Of a DNA stretch of 64,000 bases, positions 53,167-62,850 are shown piece after piece. A model generated the notes under the pieces. That model saw only the letters and a list, made by a program, of their open reading frames with translations. It was not told the origin of the DNA and did no database searches. The stretch's first letter is position 1, and every line of letters begins with the position of its first letter. Position numbers and translations under genes: made by a program. This stretch comes from an uncultured Gemmatimonadales bacterium (GTDB lineage: Bacteria; Gemmatimonadota; Gemmatimonadetes; Gemmatimonadales; GWC2-71-9). Location: assembly GCA_963817435.1 (NCBI GenBank), contig CAWFNY010000001.1:503831-567830 (forward strand). The letters run 5' to 3'.

Positions 53167-54355
53167 ATGAAGAGATCGCTCCGCTCCCTCGACGCCGCCG
53201 CGCTCGACGGCCGCCGCGCGCTCGTCCGCGTCGATTTCAACTGTCCGCTGAAGGATGGCGCGGTCGCCGACAACACCCGCATCCGCGCCTCGCTGCCGAC
53301 CATCAAGTACCTCCGGGAGAAAGGTGCCAGGGTGGTGCTGCTCTCGCACCTCGGCCGGCCCAAGGGGGTCGACCCGAAGCAGAGCCTCCGCCCCTGCGCA
53401 CTGGAGCTGGAAAAGCTGCTCGGCGCGCCGGTGACGTTCATCGAGGATGCGATGAGCCCGGATGCGATCCAGGTGACCAAGCGGCTCGCGCGCGGCGGCG
53501 TCGCCGTGGTCGAGAACACCCGCTTCCATGCCGGCGAAGAGAAGAACGACCCCGAACTGGCGCGGGTCTTCGCCGGCCTCGGCGATTTCTACGTGAACGA
53601 CGCCTTCGGGTCGGCGCACCGCGCGCACTCGAGCACCGAGGCGGTGGCCAAGCTGCTCAAGCCGGCGGTCTCCGGCTTCCTGATGGAGAAGGAGCTGGAG
53701 TATCTCGGCGGCGCGCTCGACAATCCGAAGCGGCCGTTCGTGGCGGTGCTGGGAGGCGCCAAGGTCTCCGGGAAGATCGACCTCATCGAGAACCTGCTGC
53801 CGCGTGTCGATCAGATTCTCGTGGGTGGCGCGATGGCCTGCACCTTCTTCAGGGCGATGGGGCTGGAGACGGGCAAGTCGCTCGTGGAGGAGGACCGGGT
53901 CGAGATGGCCCGTTCCCTGATGGCCAAGGCCGGCGCGAAGCTGGTGCTCCCCAGAGGGGCGGTGATCGCGGAGAAGCTCGAGGCCGGAGTGCCGACCCGC
54001 ACCGTCACGCGGGACAAGATCCCGGCGGGGTGGGCGATGTTCGACATCTGCCCCGACACCGAGAAGGACTTCGCCGAGCGGATCAGCGAGTGCCAGGACC
54101 GTGGTGTGGAACGGCCCGATGGGCGTCTTCGAGACGCCGCCGTTCGATCGGGGCACGCTCGCCGTGGCGAACGCGATGGCGGCCGCGACGGCCACGGGCA
54201 CGATCACGATCGTGGGTGGCGGCGACTCGGCGGCGGCGGTGGCGCAGCGCGGCCTCGAGGACCGGATGAGTCACGTATCGACCGGCGGCGGTGCGTCGCT
54301 GGAGTTCCTCGAAGGCAAAGTGCTCCCCGGTGTGGCAGCCCTCGACGATGTCTAA
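53167..54355 (+). CDS. pgk: phosphoglycerate kinase (apparent +1 frameshift at ~54098-54100)
   Basis: [32 protein letters not shown], then in the next frame [11 protein letters not shown] ... GGGDSAAAV ... [15 protein letters not shown] one-C excess in GACCGTG. Confidence 0.9.
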
Positions 54356-54365
54356 CGGTCTCCCC

Positions 54366-55113
54366 ATGCGCCCTCTGATCTTCGCGGCCAACTGGAAGAT
54401 GCATCTCGCACCGGACGATGCCCGCGCGTACGCGACGCATTTCCTCGCCGCGGCGTCCGTCGTTCCGGAGCGGTCGCTCTGGTTCTTCCCGCCGAGCGTC
54501 TCGCTGGAGGCGACGGCGCGGGCCTTTGCTGGACGGGATGACATTCAGGTTGGCGCGCAGGATGTGCACTGGGAGCCGAAGGGGGCCTTCACGGGTGCGA
54601 CTTCGGTGCCGCTCGCGAAAGGAGCCGGGGCGTGCGGCGCGCTGGTCGGGCACAGCGAGCGGCGCCACGTCTTCGGCGAGACCGACGCGGAGACCGGCCG
54701 GAAGGTGCAGGCGGTGCTTGCCGCGGGGCTCACGGTGATGCTGTGCGTCGGCGAGAAGCTGGCGGAGCGGGAGGCCCGGATGACGGAGGAGGTGTGCCTC
54801 AGGCAGCTCGACGCGGGGCTTGCCGGCGTCAGCCGCGGGTGACTGGGCCAGAGTGCGCGTCGCCTATGAGCCAGTCTGGGCGATCGGCACCGGCAAGAAC
54901 GCCACCCCTGCCGATGCCGCGATCGTGCACCGGGCGATCCGCTCCGAGCTGTCGCGGCTGGGCGCGCGAGGGCGCGTACCGGTGCTGTACGGCGGGAGCG
55001 TCAATCAGGGCAACGTGGCGGCGCTCATCGCCGAGCCGGAGATTGACGGGGTGCTGGTCGGCGGCGCGAGTCTGGATCCTCAGGGTTGGGCGGCGATCGT
55101 CGGTACGAGCTGA
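54366..55113 (+). CDS. tpiA: triosephosphate isomerase (apparent +1 frameshift at ~54832-54834)
   Basis: IFAANWKMH, GHSERR, then in the next frame AYEPVWAIGTG ... LYGGSV. Removing one C of AGCCGC restores ...GVSAGDWARVRVAYEPVW... Confidence 0.9.
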
Positions 55114-55216
55114 ACCCCAGGCTTCCCGTCCGTCCGCCATTCCGCCTTTCCGCCCTCAACCCCTACCGTCGCGGCGGGCGGGTCGCTAAACTTTGCCGGC
55201 TTCTACCGGACCGGTC

Positions 55217-55651
55217 ATGTACGCATTTCTGCTGACTCTGCTCATTCTCGACGGGCTTCTGCTGGCCGCCGTGGTTCTGCTCCAGGCGGGGCAGGGCGGC
55301 GGTCTCGCCTCCATGGGGGGCGGCACCACCGACCTCGTGGTGGGCGGTCGCCAGGCCACGACGCTGCTCACCAAGATGAGCTGGATCTGCGGCGGGACAT
55401 TCCTGCTGCTCGCCCTGCTGATCTCGCTCATCGCGCCGACCCGTGGCGGGTCGAGCAGCGAGGTGCTGGAGAAGCTGCGGCAGACTCAGGCGCCCGTCTC
55501 GCCGGCCACTCTCCCGATTCAGACCACGCCGACGGCGCCGGCCGCGGGTGCGGTTCCCGGCGGGACTCCGGTCGAGGGTGCCGCTCCTTCTACTCCGGCT
55601 CCGGCCGCCCCCGCGCCGACGAAGCCGGCACCCGCCAAGCCAGCGAACTGA
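55217..55651 (+). CDS. secG: preprotein translocase subunit SecG with long Pro/Ala-rich C-terminal tail
   Basis: Two TM helices with the LLQAGQGGGLASMGG signature. Canonical position after tpiA. About 70-aa PA-rich extension. Confidence 0.75.
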   Translation: MYAFLLTLLILDGLLLAAVVLLQAGQGGGLASMGGGTTDLVVGGRQATTLLTKMSWICGGTFLLLALLISLIAPTRGGSSSEVLEKLRQTQAPVSPATLPIQTTPTAPAAGAVPGGTPVEGAAPSTPAPAAPAPTKPAPAKPAN

Positions 55652-55688
55652 CCACGATGATTGAGCGTACCGGACGCGGGGTGTCGGC

Positions 55689-56780
55689 ATGACCGACCGC
55701 CCCGCGTTTGTTTTGCTTGAGGATGGCACCTGGTACCCCGGGTCGACCGTGCGCCCGCTCGAGGCGGCCTTCGGCGAGGTGGTCTTCACCACGAACCTGA
55801 GCGGCTACCAGGAGACGTTCACTGACCCCAGCTACCTGGGGCAGATCGTGGTGATGACCGCGCCGATGATCGGCAACTACGGGGTGAACGCCGAGGACAT
55901 GGAGTCCGGCGGACCGAAGGTGAATGGCGTCGTCGTCCGGGAACTGTCGCGGCGCTTTTCCAACTGGCGCGCCACCCGCTCGCTCGATGAGTGGCTCGCC
56001 GAGTCGCGGATTCCGGTCCTCGAGGGGGTGGACACCCGCCGGCTGACCCGGCACATCCGGGAGCGCGGCGCGATGCGGGGCGTGATCGCGGAGGGGCGGG
56101 AACCCTCGCCGCAGCTCACGCTGCGGCTGATGGAGTCGCCGTCGATGGACGGACTGGATCTCGCCTCCCGCGCGACGGCGGATTCGCGGTGGACCGAGGG
56201 GAAGCAGGGGCCGCATGTGGTCGCGTACGACTACGGCATGAAGCGCAACATCGTCCGGATGCTCGCGGCGTCGGGGTGTCGTGTCACCGTGGTCCCGGCG
56301 ACGACGCCGGCGGCCGCGGTGCGTGAGCTGCATCCGGACGGTCTCTTCCTGTCGAACGGCCCCGGTGATCCGGCGGCGGTCGGCTACGCGATCAAGAACA
56401 TTCAGGAACTCACCGCGACCGGACTCCCGACATTCGGAATCTGTCTCGGGCATCAGCTGCTCGGGCTCGCCTTCGGGGGCGATACCGTGAAATTGCCCTA
56501 TGGCCATCGCGGTGGTAATCAGCCGGTGCGCGATCTTGCGACCGGGCATGTACTTATCACCTCGCAGAACCACGGATTCGCAGTGGCGGGAGAGGAAAAG
56601 GGTGTGCCCGGCGCAGCGGGACTCGAGGTCACCCACATCAATCTGAATGATCAAACGGTGGAAGGCGTTCGCCACAAAGAACTTCCGGTCTTCGCCGTGC
56701 AATACCACCCGGAAGCCTCTCCGGGACCCCACGATGCCTACCCGCACTTCCAGGAATTTCTGCGGTTGATGAAGGTCTGA
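55689..56780 (+). CDS. carA: carbamoyl-phosphate synthase small (glutamine amidotransferase) subunit
   Basis: [36 protein letters not shown]. Confidence 0.9.
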   Translation: MTDRPAFVLLEDGTWYPGSTVRPLEAAFGEVVFTTNLSGYQETFTDPSYLGQIVVMTAPMIGNYGVNAEDMESGGPKVNGVVVRELSRRFSNWRATRSLDEWLAESRIPVLEGVDTRRLTRHIRERGAMRGVIAEGREPSPQLTLRLMESPSMDGLDLASRATADSRWTEGKQGPHVVAYDYGMKRNIVRMLAASGCRVTVVPATTPAAAVRELHPDGLFLSNGPGDPAAVGYAIKNIQELTATGLPTFGICLGHQLLGLAFGGDTVKLPYGHRGGNQPVRDLATGHVLITSQNHGFAVAGEEKGVPGAAGLEVTHINLNDQTVEGVRHKELPVFAVQYHPEASPGPHDAYPHFQEFLRLMKV

Positions 56781-56813
56781 CCCCCCTCCGGTGGGCCAAC
56801 CTCTTGACAGACA

Positions 56814-56842
56814 AGAGGTAAGGTCGTAGTCTCTCAAGCATT
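56814..56842 (+). promoter_or_regulatory. candidate sigma70-type promoter for the HU/IHF-like gene
   Basis: TTGACA, 17 nt, TAGTCT. The -35 box sits inside the inverted repeat CCTCTTG-ACAGA-CAAGAGG. Confidence 0.4.
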
Positions 56843-56892
56843 CTGGCGCCCCTTCCCTGGGGCGCCGGGCATGAAGACCCCCGGGGGAACGC

Positions 56893-57231
56893 ATGACCAA
56901 GGCCGATCTCGTCGAACGGGTGACCGAATCGATTGCCCGTACCGCCGGTCCGATGATCTCCAAGAAGGACTGCGCCCGGGTCGTGGACGCGTTCCTGGAG
57001 GCCGTCAAGGAAGCCCTCAAGAACCAGCACAACATCGAGGTCCGCGGTTTCGGGACCTTCAAGATCCGGCGGCGGAAGACCCGGATGGCCCGGAATCCTC
57101 GCACCGGAGACCCGGTCGAGGTGGCGGCGCGCCCGGTGCCCGTCTTCAAGCCCAGCAAGGAGTTGCGGGCGCTGGTGGCGGATGAACCGTACGAGCCCGA
57201 CCCGAATGACACGGGGAACGACGACGATTGA
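56893..57231 (+). CDS. HU/IHF-family DNA-binding protein
   Basis: MTKADLVERV, RGFGTFKIRRRKTRMARNPRTGDPVEV, and the beta-arm with conserved Pro. Confidence 0.85.
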   Translation: MTKADLVERVTESIARTAGPMISKKDCARVVDAFLEAVKEALKNQHNIEVRGFGTFKIRRRKTRMARNPRTGDPVEVAARPVPVFKPSKELRALVADEPYEPDPNDTGNDDD

Positions 57232-57263
57232 CGGCTCCCCTGTCGGCGTGCGGGGGTCCCTTC

Positions 57264-57286
57264 GGGGCGGGTCGCTGACCCGCCCC
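57264..57286 (+). terminator. GC hairpin after the HU/IHF-like gene (no U-tract)
   Basis: GGGGCGGGTC-GCT-GACCCGCCCC, a perfect 10-bp stem. Confidence 0.35.
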
Positions 57287-57324
57287 GACGCGTCTCACCC
57301 CGGCCCGCCGTTATCTTTCCCCGC

Positions 57325-57570
57325 ATGAGCGTCAGGGTTCTGCTGTTTGCCACATACGCCGACCTGGCTGGCCGCGAGAGCGTCGATCTGACCCTTTCCG
57401 CGCCCGCGACCGTCGGTGATCTGCTTCGCCAGCTCAGGGTGGCGCTGCCGGGCGCGCGAGGCATCCCCGAGCGTCCGCTGGTGGCGGTGAACCAGGTGCA
57501 CGCCCGGCTCGATTCTCCGGTGCAGGACGGCGACGAAGTGGCCCTGCTGCCGCCGATGGCGGGAGGCTGA
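57325..57570 (+). CDS. moaD: molybdopterin synthase sulfur-carrier subunit MoaD
   Basis: 81 aa with ubiquitin-like pattern and a C-terminal GG. Confidence 0.8.
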   Translation: MSVRVLLFATYADLAGRESVDLTLSAPATVGDLLRQLRVALPGARGIPERPLVAVNQVHARLDSPVQDGDEVALLPPMAGG

Positions 57571-57573
57571 GGG

Positions 57574-58014
57574 ATGGGGAGCCTCCTGACGCGCGCGCCG
57601 CTCGATCTGGGCCGCCTTGTGGAATCGGTGAGTGCCGCCGATCGGGGCGGGGTGGCCAGCTTCCTCGGGCTGGTCCGCGATCATCATGGGGGCCGCCAGG
57701 TCCTGCGCCTCGAGTACAGCGCCTACGAGCCGATGGCCGAGGCCGAGGCCGCACGGATTCTCAGCGAGGCGGAAGCCCGCTGGCCGGTGCGGGTCGCGCT
57801 GGCGCACCGCCTGGGAGAGCTCGCGATCGGTGATGCGGCCGTCGCGGTCGCCGCCGGGGGCGCCCATCGGGCCGAGGCGTTCGACGCCTGCCGCTACGTG
57901 ATCGAGGAACTCAAGGTGCGCGTGCCGATCTGGAAGAAAGAGCACTACGCCGATGGCTCGGTGGTGTGGGTCGATTCGACCGCCATGAAGGCCGCGGCGG
58001 GAGCCACGCGGTGA
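57574..58014 (+). CDS. moaE: molybdopterin synthase catalytic subunit MoaE
   Basis: GGVASFLGLVRDHHGGR, LEYSAYEPMA, VPIWKKEHY. Confidence 0.85.
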   Translation: MGSLLTRAPLDLGRLVESVSAADRGGVASFLGLVRDHHGGRQVLRLEYSAYEPMAEAEAARILSEAEARWPVRVALAHRLGELAIGDAAVAVAAGGAHRAEAFDACRYVIEELKVRVPIWKKEHYADGSVVWVDSTAMKAAAGATR

Positions 58015-59063
58015 GCGAGGTGCACGCCGTGGGGTCGCGGGTGTTCGACCGGCTCCGCCGCCCGCTCACGAGCCTCCGCATCTCGGTCACCGACCGCTGC
58101 AACATGCGCTGCCGCTACTGCATGCCGGAGGAGGATTACGTCTGGCTGCCGCGCGGCTCGATCCTCAACTTCGAGGAGATCGACCGGCTGGCGGGCATCT
58201 TCGCCGGGCTCGGTGTCGATAAGCTGCGGCTCACCGGTGGAGAGCCGCTGCTGCGGCACGACCTCCCCGATCTCGTGGCGCTGCTGGCCCGGCACGAGGG
58301 GGTCACCGATCTCGCGCTGACGACCAACGGGATTCTGCTGGGCGAGCAGGTGGTGGCGCTGAAGGCGGCGGGACTGCGGCGAGTCACCGTGAGCCTCGAT
58401 ACCCTGAGACCGGAGCGGATGAAGGAATTCGCCCGCTCCAGCCGGCACGAGGACGTTCTCGCGGGGATCGCCGCCGCGCGGGCCGCGGGGCTCGGCACGG
58501 TGAAACTCAACAGCGTGGTCATCCGCGGCTACAACGACGACGAACTCGTGGACCTGATCGAATTCGGCCGGAGCCACGGCTCCGAGATGCGTTTCATCGA
58601 GTACATGGATGTCGGCGGCGCGAACGGGTGGCGGATGGAGGATGTGGTGTCGCGGCGGGAGATTCTCGGCCGCCTCGAGGCGCACTACGGCGCCGTCGAG
58701 CCGCTGGCGGAGAACGACACCAGCTGGGCGCCGGCCGACCAGTTCCGGCTGCCTGATGGAACGGTCTTCGGGGTCATCGCCTCCACCACCGACCCGTTCT
58801 GCCGCACCTGCGACCGCGCGCGGCTCACGGCCGACGGTCACTTCCTGCTCTGCCTGTACGCGGACAGCGGCCTCGATCTCCGGCCCGCGCTCCGCGGCGG
58901 AGCGACCGATGCGGAGATCGCGGCCCTGATCCGGGCGGCCTGGGAGGGGCGCACCGACCGTGGCGCCGAACAGCGGGCGGCCTCGCCGGAGCGGGGCGCG
59001 CTGTATCAGCTGTCCACGCTCCGGGCCGACCCACGCAAAGAGATGCACACCCGCGGTGGTTGA
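58011..59063 (+). CDS. moaA: GTP 3',8-cyclase MoaA (radical SAM)
   Basis: LRISVTDRCNMRCRYCMP (CxxxCxxC), LTGGEPLL, and a C-terminal CxxCxR...C cluster. GTG overlaps the moaE stop. Confidence 0.9.
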   Translation: MSEVHAVGSRVFDRLRRPLTSLRISVTDRCNMRCRYCMPEEDYVWLPRGSILNFEEIDRLAGIFAGLGVDKLRLTGGEPLLRHDLPDLVALLARHEGVTDLALTTNGILLGEQVVALKAAGLRRVTVSLDTLRPERMKEFARSSRHEDVLAGIAAARAAGLGTVKLNSVVIRGYNDDELVDLIEFGRSHGSEMRFIEYMDVGGANGWRMEDVVSRREILGRLEAHYGAVEPLAENDTSWAPADQFRLPDGTVFGVIASTTDPFCRTCDRARLTADGHFLLCLYADSGLDLRPALRGGATDAEIAALIRAAWEGRTDRGAEQRAASPERGALYQLSTLRADPRKEMHTRGG

Positions 59064-59091
59064 GACCACCCACACGCCTGATGGGATTCCC

Positions 59092-59778
59092 ATGAGTCTG
59101 CACGTTGCACTGATCGAACCCAAGATTCCGCCCAACACCGGCAACATCGCGCGGCTGTGCGTCGCGACCGAAACGCCGCTGCACCTGATCGAGCCGCTGG
59201 GCTTCAGCCTCGATCATCGCGAGGTCAAGCGCGCCGGCCTCGATTACTGGGACAAGGTGGACCTCTGGGTGCACCCCAACTGGTTCCGGTTCCGCGATGC
59301 GATCAGCCGTGACCGCTGTCTCTATTTCTCGGCCAACGCCACGCAGGACTACCGGGACGCGCCCTACGCGCCGAACAGCGTGCTGGTCTTCGGCAGCGAG
59401 GATGACGGGCTGCCCGGCAAGATCCTGGAGAAGCATCCGGAGCGCTGCTACCGGATCCCGATGTCGGGGGAGGTCCGCAGCCTCAACCTCGCCAACGCGG
59501 TGAGCGTGGTCCTCTATGAAGGGCTCCGGAAGCTGGGGATTCCACATGGGCCGCCGCCGGTGCTCGATGTGACCGATCCGCCGCTGCTCCCGCTCGACCT
59601 CGAGGAAGAAGAGGACGAGGTGAACGGGAATGTGCTGACGGGACCGCCGGCGCACGCGCGGCCGCGGACCGGGCGTCCCGGTCCGGAACGGGGCCGGGGC
59701 GGTGCTGGCGGGCGGGGTCCTCGAGGCGGTCGCGGGGGCCGAGGTGGACGGGGCGGGGGCGGCGGACGCCGGCCCTGA
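59092..59778 (+). CDS. trmL: tRNA (cytidine/uridine-2'-O)-methyltransferase TrmL (SpoU/TrmH fold) with acidic then RGG-rich C-terminal tail
   Basis: ALIEPKIPPNTGNIARLC, LVFGSEDDGLP, RSLNLANAVSVVLYEGLR. A ~75-aa extension ends GRGGAGGRGPRGGRGGRGGRGGGGGRRP. Confidence 0.8.
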   Translation: MSLHVALIEPKIPPNTGNIARLCVATETPLHLIEPLGFSLDHREVKRAGLDYWDKVDLWVHPNWFRFRDAISRDRCLYFSANATQDYRDAPYAPNSVLVFGSEDDGLPGKILEKHPERCYRIPMSGEVRSLNLANAVSVVLYEGLRKLGIPHGPPPVLDVTDPPLLPLDLEEEEDEVNGNVLTGPPAHARPRTGRPGPERGRGGAGGRGPRGGRGGRGGRGGGGGRRP

Positions 59779-59884
59779 ACGAACGAGGGAGGGCCAATCT
59801 GGCTCTCCCTCTTGCGTTGATGGCCGGTGTCCTGTATTTCCGCCTCCATCCCTGTTTCTTCCTCCCCGCCCTCATGGAGGACGC

Positions 59885-62848
59885 ATGCGCTATCGCTGGT
59901 TCGTTCCACTTCTGACCATCCTGCTCGCCTCAGTGCCGGCGGCGGTCGATGCGCAGCAGCGCATCCTGACCGGCGTGGTGACTCGCGCGGAGGATGGCGC
60001 CCCGCTCGCGGAGGCCGTCGTGACGCTCGTCGGCCGCGCGGCGGGTGCCAAGACCGATCTGCGCGGTCATTTCAGTCTCGACGTTCCTGGCGGACCCATC
60101 CGCATCCTGGTCCGGGCCATCGGCTACAAACGCCAGGAGCTCCCGGTCGGTGCGGACCAGTCCGACGTGACGGTCGCCATGGCCCAGGACGTGTTCAACC
60201 TGGAGGAGGTCGTGGTTACCGGCCAGGCGACAGAGATGGAGCAGCGCAACTCCACGACGTCGACCGCGGTGGTGGATGGGCAGGATGTGAGCCAGGTGCA
60301 GGCCCAGTCGGTGGACCGGGCGCTGCAGGGGCGCGTCGCCGGCGCCAACATCCAGACCAACTCGGGCGCGCCCGGCGCGGGCGTGCAGGTGCAGATCCGC
60401 GGACCGCACACCATCATTGGCAACGCGGATCCGCTGATCGTGGTGGATGGGGTCATCTACAGCAACGCCACCATCCCTTCGGGGCTCTCCTCGGTGACGG
60501 GGAGCAGCTCCAACCTCGCGCGGGGGGACGCCCAGGACGATGGCACCAACCGTCTCGCCGACCTGAACCCGAACGACATCGAGTCGATCGAGGTGCTCAA
60601 GAGCGCCGCGGCCGGCTCGATCTATGGCTCCAAGGCCGCCAACGGCGTGGTCATCATCCACACCAAGCGCGGGGTGGCGGGGAAGGTGCACGCCAACCTG
60701 AGCCAGCGGGTGGGCGTCTCCGAGCTGCTGCGCGGACCGGGGTTCCGGGTGTTCGACACCACCCAGGCGTTCGCGCTGTTCGATTCGAACCTGGTGCGTT
60801 CGTTCCTGGTGAACGGCAAGCTGCCCGCCTATGACCACCTCCACGAGCTGGCCGGCGACAAGCCGGTCTCCTACGAGAGCCAGCTCGACGTGAGCGGCGG
60901 CGGGGACAAGACCCGGTTCTTCGCGTCGGGGAGCTGGAAGAAGGACAACGGGATCATCGGTCGCACCGGTGCCGAGCGGCAGACGCTCCGGGCCAACATC
61001 ACGCAGCAGCTGACCGACAAGCTCAGTCTCGACCTGACCACCGCCTTTGCACGGAACTCCAACGACAAGGGCTTCACCAACAACGACAACTCCGGTGCGA
61101 GCGTCACCTACGCGCTGGCCTACATCCCGAGCTTCATTCCGCTGACGCCGGTGAATGGCGTGTATCCGCAGCCGGCGATCGGCTACTTCGGCGCCAACCC
61201 GCTGCAGACCGCGGCGCTCGCGACCAACAACGAGACCGCGATCCGCTTCACCGGCGGTGGCCGCCTCTCCTGGAACGCGTGGACCACCGACCGGCAGAGC
61301 CTCCGGTTCGTGGCGGCGGGCGGCGCGGACTTCGTCAACCAGAAGAACAAGGTCATCGCGCCGCCGGAGCTGACGTTCGAGCAGACGCTGCCCAATCCGG
61401 GGACCATTACCCTGGGCAGCGCCGACGGGCGCAACCTCAACTGGAACCTGAATGCGATCCACAGCTTCGCGCCGGAGTCGCAGAGCTACCGCCTGACGAC
61501 CTCGCTCGGTGTGCAGTACGAGGACCGGCAGCTCGCGCGCAACCGGATCAGCGCGACCGGGATCCTACCGGGGCAGACCAGCGTCTCGCAGGGCTCGGTG
61601 ATCAGCAACCCGATCGAACTGCGGTCCACCGAGCGGACGCTGGCGTTCTACGGCGCGGAAGAGGCGCTGGCCATGGCCGAGCGGCTGTCGCTGGTCGGCA
61701 GCGTGCGGGCCGAGCGGAGCAGCGTGCTGGGTGATGCCTCGAAGTACTGGTTCTATCCCCGGCTTGCCGGCGCGTACCGGTTTCCCGGGCTGCTCGGCAC
61801 GGGGAGCGATTTCAAGCTGCGCCTGGCGTACGGCCAGACGGGCAACCAACCGCTCTTCGGCCAGAAGTTCACCTCGCTGGTCGGCGGGCAGACCTACGAT
61901 GGCAGCGGCGGCGTCACGGTGAGCACCATCGCCGGGCTCTCCACGATCAAACCGGAGCGGGTGAAGGAGTGGGAGGGCGGCATCGACGCGGAATTCTGGG
62001 GCGGCCGCACCAATCTCCAGCTCACGCTCGCGAGCAACACGACCAGCGACCTGCTGCTGTCGCGCACACCGGCGGCGAGCAGCGGGTTCACCTCGGAGTT
62101 CCTCAACGGCGGCCACATGCGGAACGTCTCGCTGGAGCTGGCCGCGGGCTTCGTACCGGTCCAGAGCAAGGACTTCAGCTGGGTGGCCCGCACCACGTTC
62201 ACCCGGCTCCGCAACAAGGTGCTGGACCTGCCGGTGCCGGGGTACCGGCCGTCCACGGCCGGCTTCGGCCTGGCCTACGGCGAGTTCTTCATCGAACCGG
62301 GACATTCCGCAACTCAGATCATCGGCACCGTCGGATACGACAGCCTCGGCAACCCGATCACCAAGGTGCTCGGCGATGCCAACCCCGATTTCCAGCTGAC
62401 GCTCGCCAACGACTTCACCTGGAAGAATCTGTCGATCTCGATGCTGTGGGCCTGGCAGCAGGGGGGCGCGGCGCAGAACCAGACGCTGTCGCTGTATGAC
62501 TGCAACCAGCTCTCGCCCGACCAGGCGACGGCCGCCGGGCAGGCACGGGCCAACGCCTGTCTTCTGGACGGCGTGGCGACGCCCTTCGTGCAGTCGACGA
62601 CCTTCCTCAAGCTCCGGGAGCTGAGCCTCATCTGGACGCTGCCCAGCCGCTGGGTGCACTCGCTGTTCGCGGGGGCGGACAACGCGCGCATCGGGCTCAC
62701 GGGCCGGAACCTGCTGCTGTTCACCAACTACTTCGGTTACGATCCCGAGTCGAGCAACTTCGGTTCGCAGGCGATCACCAGGAACATCGACCTCGGGCCC
62801 TACCCGCCTTCGCGCAACTTCTCCCTCAACGTCTCGGTGGGGTTCTGA
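59885..62848 (+). CDS. SusC/RagA-family TonB-linked outer-membrane transporter
   Basis: GGAGG Shine-Dalgarno sequence, signal peptide, CarboxypepD_reg-like LTGVVTRAEDGAPLAEAVVTLVG, TonB-box/plug (EEVVVTGQ ... IEVLKSAAAGSIYGSKAANGVVIIHTKRG), and a C-terminal ...NVSVGF. Confidence 0.85.
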   Translation: MRYRWFVPLLTILLASVPAAVDAQQRILTGVVTRAEDGAPLAEAVVTLVGRAAGAKTDLRGHFSLDVPGGPIRILVRAIGYKRQELPVGADQSDVTVAMAQDVFNLEEVVVTGQATEMEQRNSTTSTAVVDGQDVSQVQAQSVDRALQGRVAGANIQTNSGAPGAGVQVQIRGPHTIIGNADPLIVVDGVIYSNATIPSGLSSVTGSSSNLARGDAQDDGTNRLADLNPNDIESIEVLKSAAAGSIYGSKAANGVVIIHTKRGVAGKVHANLSQRVGVSELLRGPGFRVFDTTQAFALFDSNLVRSFLVNGKLPAYDHLHELAGDKPVSYESQLDVSGGGDKTRFFASGSWKKDNGIIGRTGAERQTLRANITQQLTDKLSLDLTTAFARNSNDKGFTNNDNSGASVTYALAYIPSFIPLTPVNGVYPQPAIGYFGANPLQTAALATNNETAIRFTGGGRLSWNAWTTDRQSLRFVAAGGADFVNQKNKVIAPPELTFEQTLPNPGTITLGSADGRNLNWNLNAIHSFAPESQSYRLTTSLGVQYEDRQLARNRISATGILPGQTSVSQGSVISNPIELRSTERTLAFYGAEEALAMAERLSLVGSVRAERSSVLGDASKYWFYPRLAGAYRFPGLLGTGSDFKLRLAYGQTGNQPLFGQKFTSLVGGQTYDGSGGVTVSTIAGLSTIKPERVKEWEGGIDAEFWGGRTNLQLTLASNTTSDLLLSRTPAASSGFTSEFLNGGHMRNVSLELAAGFVPVQSKDFSWVARTTFTRLRNKVLDLPVPGYRPSTAGFGLAYGEFFIEPGHSATQIIGTVGYDSLGNPITKVLGDANPDFQLTLANDFTWKNLSISMLWAWQQGGAAQNQTLSLYDCNQLSPDQATAAGQARANACLLDGVATPFVQSTTFLKLRELSLIWTLPSRWVHSLFAGADNARIGLTGRNLLLFTNYFGYDPESSNFGSQAITRNIDLGPYPPSRNFSLNVSVGF

Positions 62849-62850
62849 CA

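Noticed and set aside
53167-55113. Interpreting the split pgk and tpiA (and ispD, radA) as genuine pseudogenes or genome decay.
   Set aside because: These are central, normally indispensable genes. Each defect is a single extra base in a short homopolymer, and the lesions cluster in one 9-kb stretch. A sequencing or assembly artefact is much more likely.
57232-57324. Possible Moco riboswitch upstream of moaD.
   Set aside because: The spacer is only ~90 nt and most of it is a simple terminator-like hairpin. I could not see the conserved Moco-motif elements.
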